Of a stretch of DNA of 64,000 nt, positions 61,641 to 64,000 are shown in pieces (position 1 is the first letter of the stretch; every line of letters starts with the position of its first letter). The DNA is from Lepidodermella squamata. Taxonomy: Eukaryota; Animalia; Gastrotricha. The stretch lies in the NCBI GenBank assembly GCA_047495785.1, contig JBLDXI010000019.1:1364001-1428000 (forward strand), given 5' to 3'. A program made the position numbers and the translations under genes. A model generated the notes under the pieces. It was not told the origin of the DNA, searched no databases, and saw nothing but the letters and a program-made list of their open reading frames with translations.

Positions 61641-62294
61641 GAAACTTCGAAGAATTGCCTGGACGTCCGACGAAAATGAGAAAGCACCGACAAAATATAT
61701 TAATAATTATGGTTTAATTTGACAATATAATTTTACATTTAGCAAAGAGCAGTCAAAATAGTAACAAAATATTGCAATTCATGACCTCGACAGGACCGCG
61801 AAAACTTTCGAGTCGCTGGTAACGGTTTTGTTGCTCTCGAACGCAGCTCAAGTCGAGGGATGCTGAACGCCTACCGGTTCAGGGCCGTAAGTGAGCTGTT
61901 TCCCGTTCTATTCATAAGATAGTTGTGAAACATATGTGAAGATACGTCCAACCTGGGAATACTTAATCGTTTTCAGTGTGCGTTTAGGCTGGGCGAGTTC
62001 AGTTTCAGACTCGGGATGTCAACTTTCAATGGAAGCTGAACGTCTACTTCATCATTATTTGCTAGAGATAGCTTAAGTGATTTCCTGCCGGTCGATCATG
62101 CCCATTAAATATAAATTTCTCGCAGACTTGACCTTAAAAAAAGCTCGTAGTAGGCCACGCTAAATGACAATGCTGTTAACGCTTCTGTTAACGTTGTGCG
62201 TAGTAAACTACCTAACTGTTCTCTTTCCTTATTGAATGTTCTTTTCTGCTTCTCTAGCGTAGTATAATTTGGATTTGATGTTTACTTTAATTTG

Positions 62295-64000
62295 ATGGCA
62301 TCAGACCTGTCGAAGTGTTCGGAATCTAATGACGCCTCCGCCGATTATATCGCTAACGTCCAAACTTCTGTTAGCATCGGTACCTTCTTCGATGCTGAAG
62401 GTTCAATAATGAAATCAATTAAAGAACTTGTTCAAGCCAAGATCAATGCCGACCGCCAATACGTTCAGCAACTAGAACTGGTGGTACGATCGAGTCGCAA
62501 GAATAATGTCACATGTGGACCAGTAAATGAGCCTTTTACCTTATGGCAAGGCTTAACTGAGGACTTGAGTCGCCAGGCTTCGCATATGGGTTCGGCTATT
62601 GCTTCATCTGAGAAACTTGTGGGAGAGTTGCAAGCTATCATAAATATTCGAGAAAATCAACGGAAAATGCTGGAAACAGAACACTCCGCTATCTTAAAAT
62701 TCGTGCAAAAAGAGTTCAAGAAATATAACGAGTTGAAAAAGGTAAGTAGCTGACTTACTTTAAATATCATTATACTCTCAAAATTATCACAGGATCTGGC
62801 GAGGCTATATGAATTGTGTTCAACTGGGATGAACGCTTTTGAAAAGCTGAGTCAAAGTCGTTAATCATCGCTATTTTATATCGTGACTAAATCGATATTT
62901 TTACAGAGGGTAAAGTCAATGAGAAAGAAAAATCACTTCTCGAACACAATTTGATAAGACTACACGAGACGCATAATGCGTGCTTATTGGGCAAGTTGAC
63001 CGGCAAATTAATAAAATTCCCTATTAATTTGCTTTGTTTATCAGCCTCATTAGACGTTAAACATGCCCAAGACCTAGCTGATAACGTCCATCTTCCAGCG
63101 ATGAGGCGTTTCATGGAAGCGGCATATGCACATTATCTTACTGCCCTGTAAGCTTGGAAAATTATGAAATACTAATGATCCTATTTCCTATTGATCACTT
63201 GTCTCGCAGAATATCTGTTTTCCAACGAATGGCTGATATTCAAATATCAAACGGAACTTACCTGATTCAGGAGGCGAAAACTGCTATTGACAGGCTATCG
63301 AAAATTCAGCCCGAATTAGCGGCCAAGTCGATACCACAAATAAGGTTAGTCTATACTGCTTTCCATCGATAGTTGCAAAGCTTGCTTTTCCTGAAATTGA
63401 ATCCGCCAGCCGAGATCAAAAGCATGACTCAACTCCTTTCAAATTTATCAGGTGAAAATAGGCTTTATATCGAGTGTCTTGTTGTGTTTACTCTTTGCTG
63501 CTTTATAATGCACTGCTGTTTTTCCGAAATCGCACATAATTTCCATGTTATGGTTTATACATGAATAATTACACGATTTATCTATAGGCTGAGCGCTACC
63601 TCGGAGAACATCTCAGCAGAACTAGTGGTAACATCTGTGTATCAAAAGCCCGATGCTCGTCTTGCAAGTTTGGCGTCTGAAATGTTTTGCATTTATACTG
63701 AAACCGAACCTACTATTCGAGACTCGTGAGTAGATGAGATGTGCATTTTTATTATAAAAAGACTTCGGCATTGGTTTTGCAGAATCGCTCATTTGGAAAA
63801 TGACATAGCTAGTCAAGTTTCTAAACAACAACGTCTCGAATCCAGTATAAGTGAGAAGAGAGAAAGGCTGCACGAATACATGCAAGGGGAAGATAACACG
63901 TTAGTTGGGTCGATCATTTACCTCTGAATTTGTAACCTAGTTTTCATCTTTTCAGGATTTCAGGAGCATTTGCTAGGAAATGCGAAATTGCGAAGCTCGA
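62295..64000 (+). CDS. F-BAR domain protein, FER/FES-like (5' part; continues off the right edge)
   Basis: SIKELVQAKINADRQYVQQL and LHETHNACLL resemble FER/FES F-BAR segments (RIKSDKEYASTL, LHMLHNQYVL); multiple short GT-AG introns. Confidence 0.55.

Noticed and set aside
1-64000. CRISPR arrays, prokaryotic operons or defence systems
   Set aside because: The sequence is eukaryotic with spliceosomal introns; no regularly spaced repeat-spacer arrays were seen

Overview
Gene-dense segment of a compact animal genome. Most introns are only about 50-60 nt. The temptin-DBH fusion, teashirt-like gene and LATS point to a spiralian/lophotrochozoan invertebrate (inference). Gene order: PC (5' end), AP-3 sigma, TOLLIP, CEP78 (with a nested antisense orphan membrane-protein gene), FAM221A, PINX1 (all minus strand); a bacterial-type DUF4286 gene and a ZDHHC3/7-like palmitoyltransferase whose 3.1-kb intron holds an antisense temptin/DBH-like gene that has lost most copper ligands; LATS/warts; UTP15; MO25/CAB39; COMMD4; ATP6V1A; a single-finger teashirt-like gene; a repeat- and orphan-rich island (about 34.9-38.4 kb); CCDC171; two TMEM35/NACHO-like paralogs; eIF2-gamma; Beclin-1; CAD; an RNF5-like ligase; an AdipoR/PAQR with an unusual signal peptide and extra TM helix; tRNA-Ala(AGC); a LINE relic; and the start of a FER/FES-like F-BAR gene. 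The most notable architecture is (i) same-strand gene runs with gaps of about 90-340 nt and apparently unpaired splice acceptors just before the ATGs, suggesting operons resolved by trans-splicing; (ii) a NACHO paralog with no convincing start-codon exon of its own; and (iii) every intron longer than 600 nt carries a passenger (nested gene, fold-back element or microexon candidate). All gene models were read by eye and all family assignments come from recalled motifs, not database searches.
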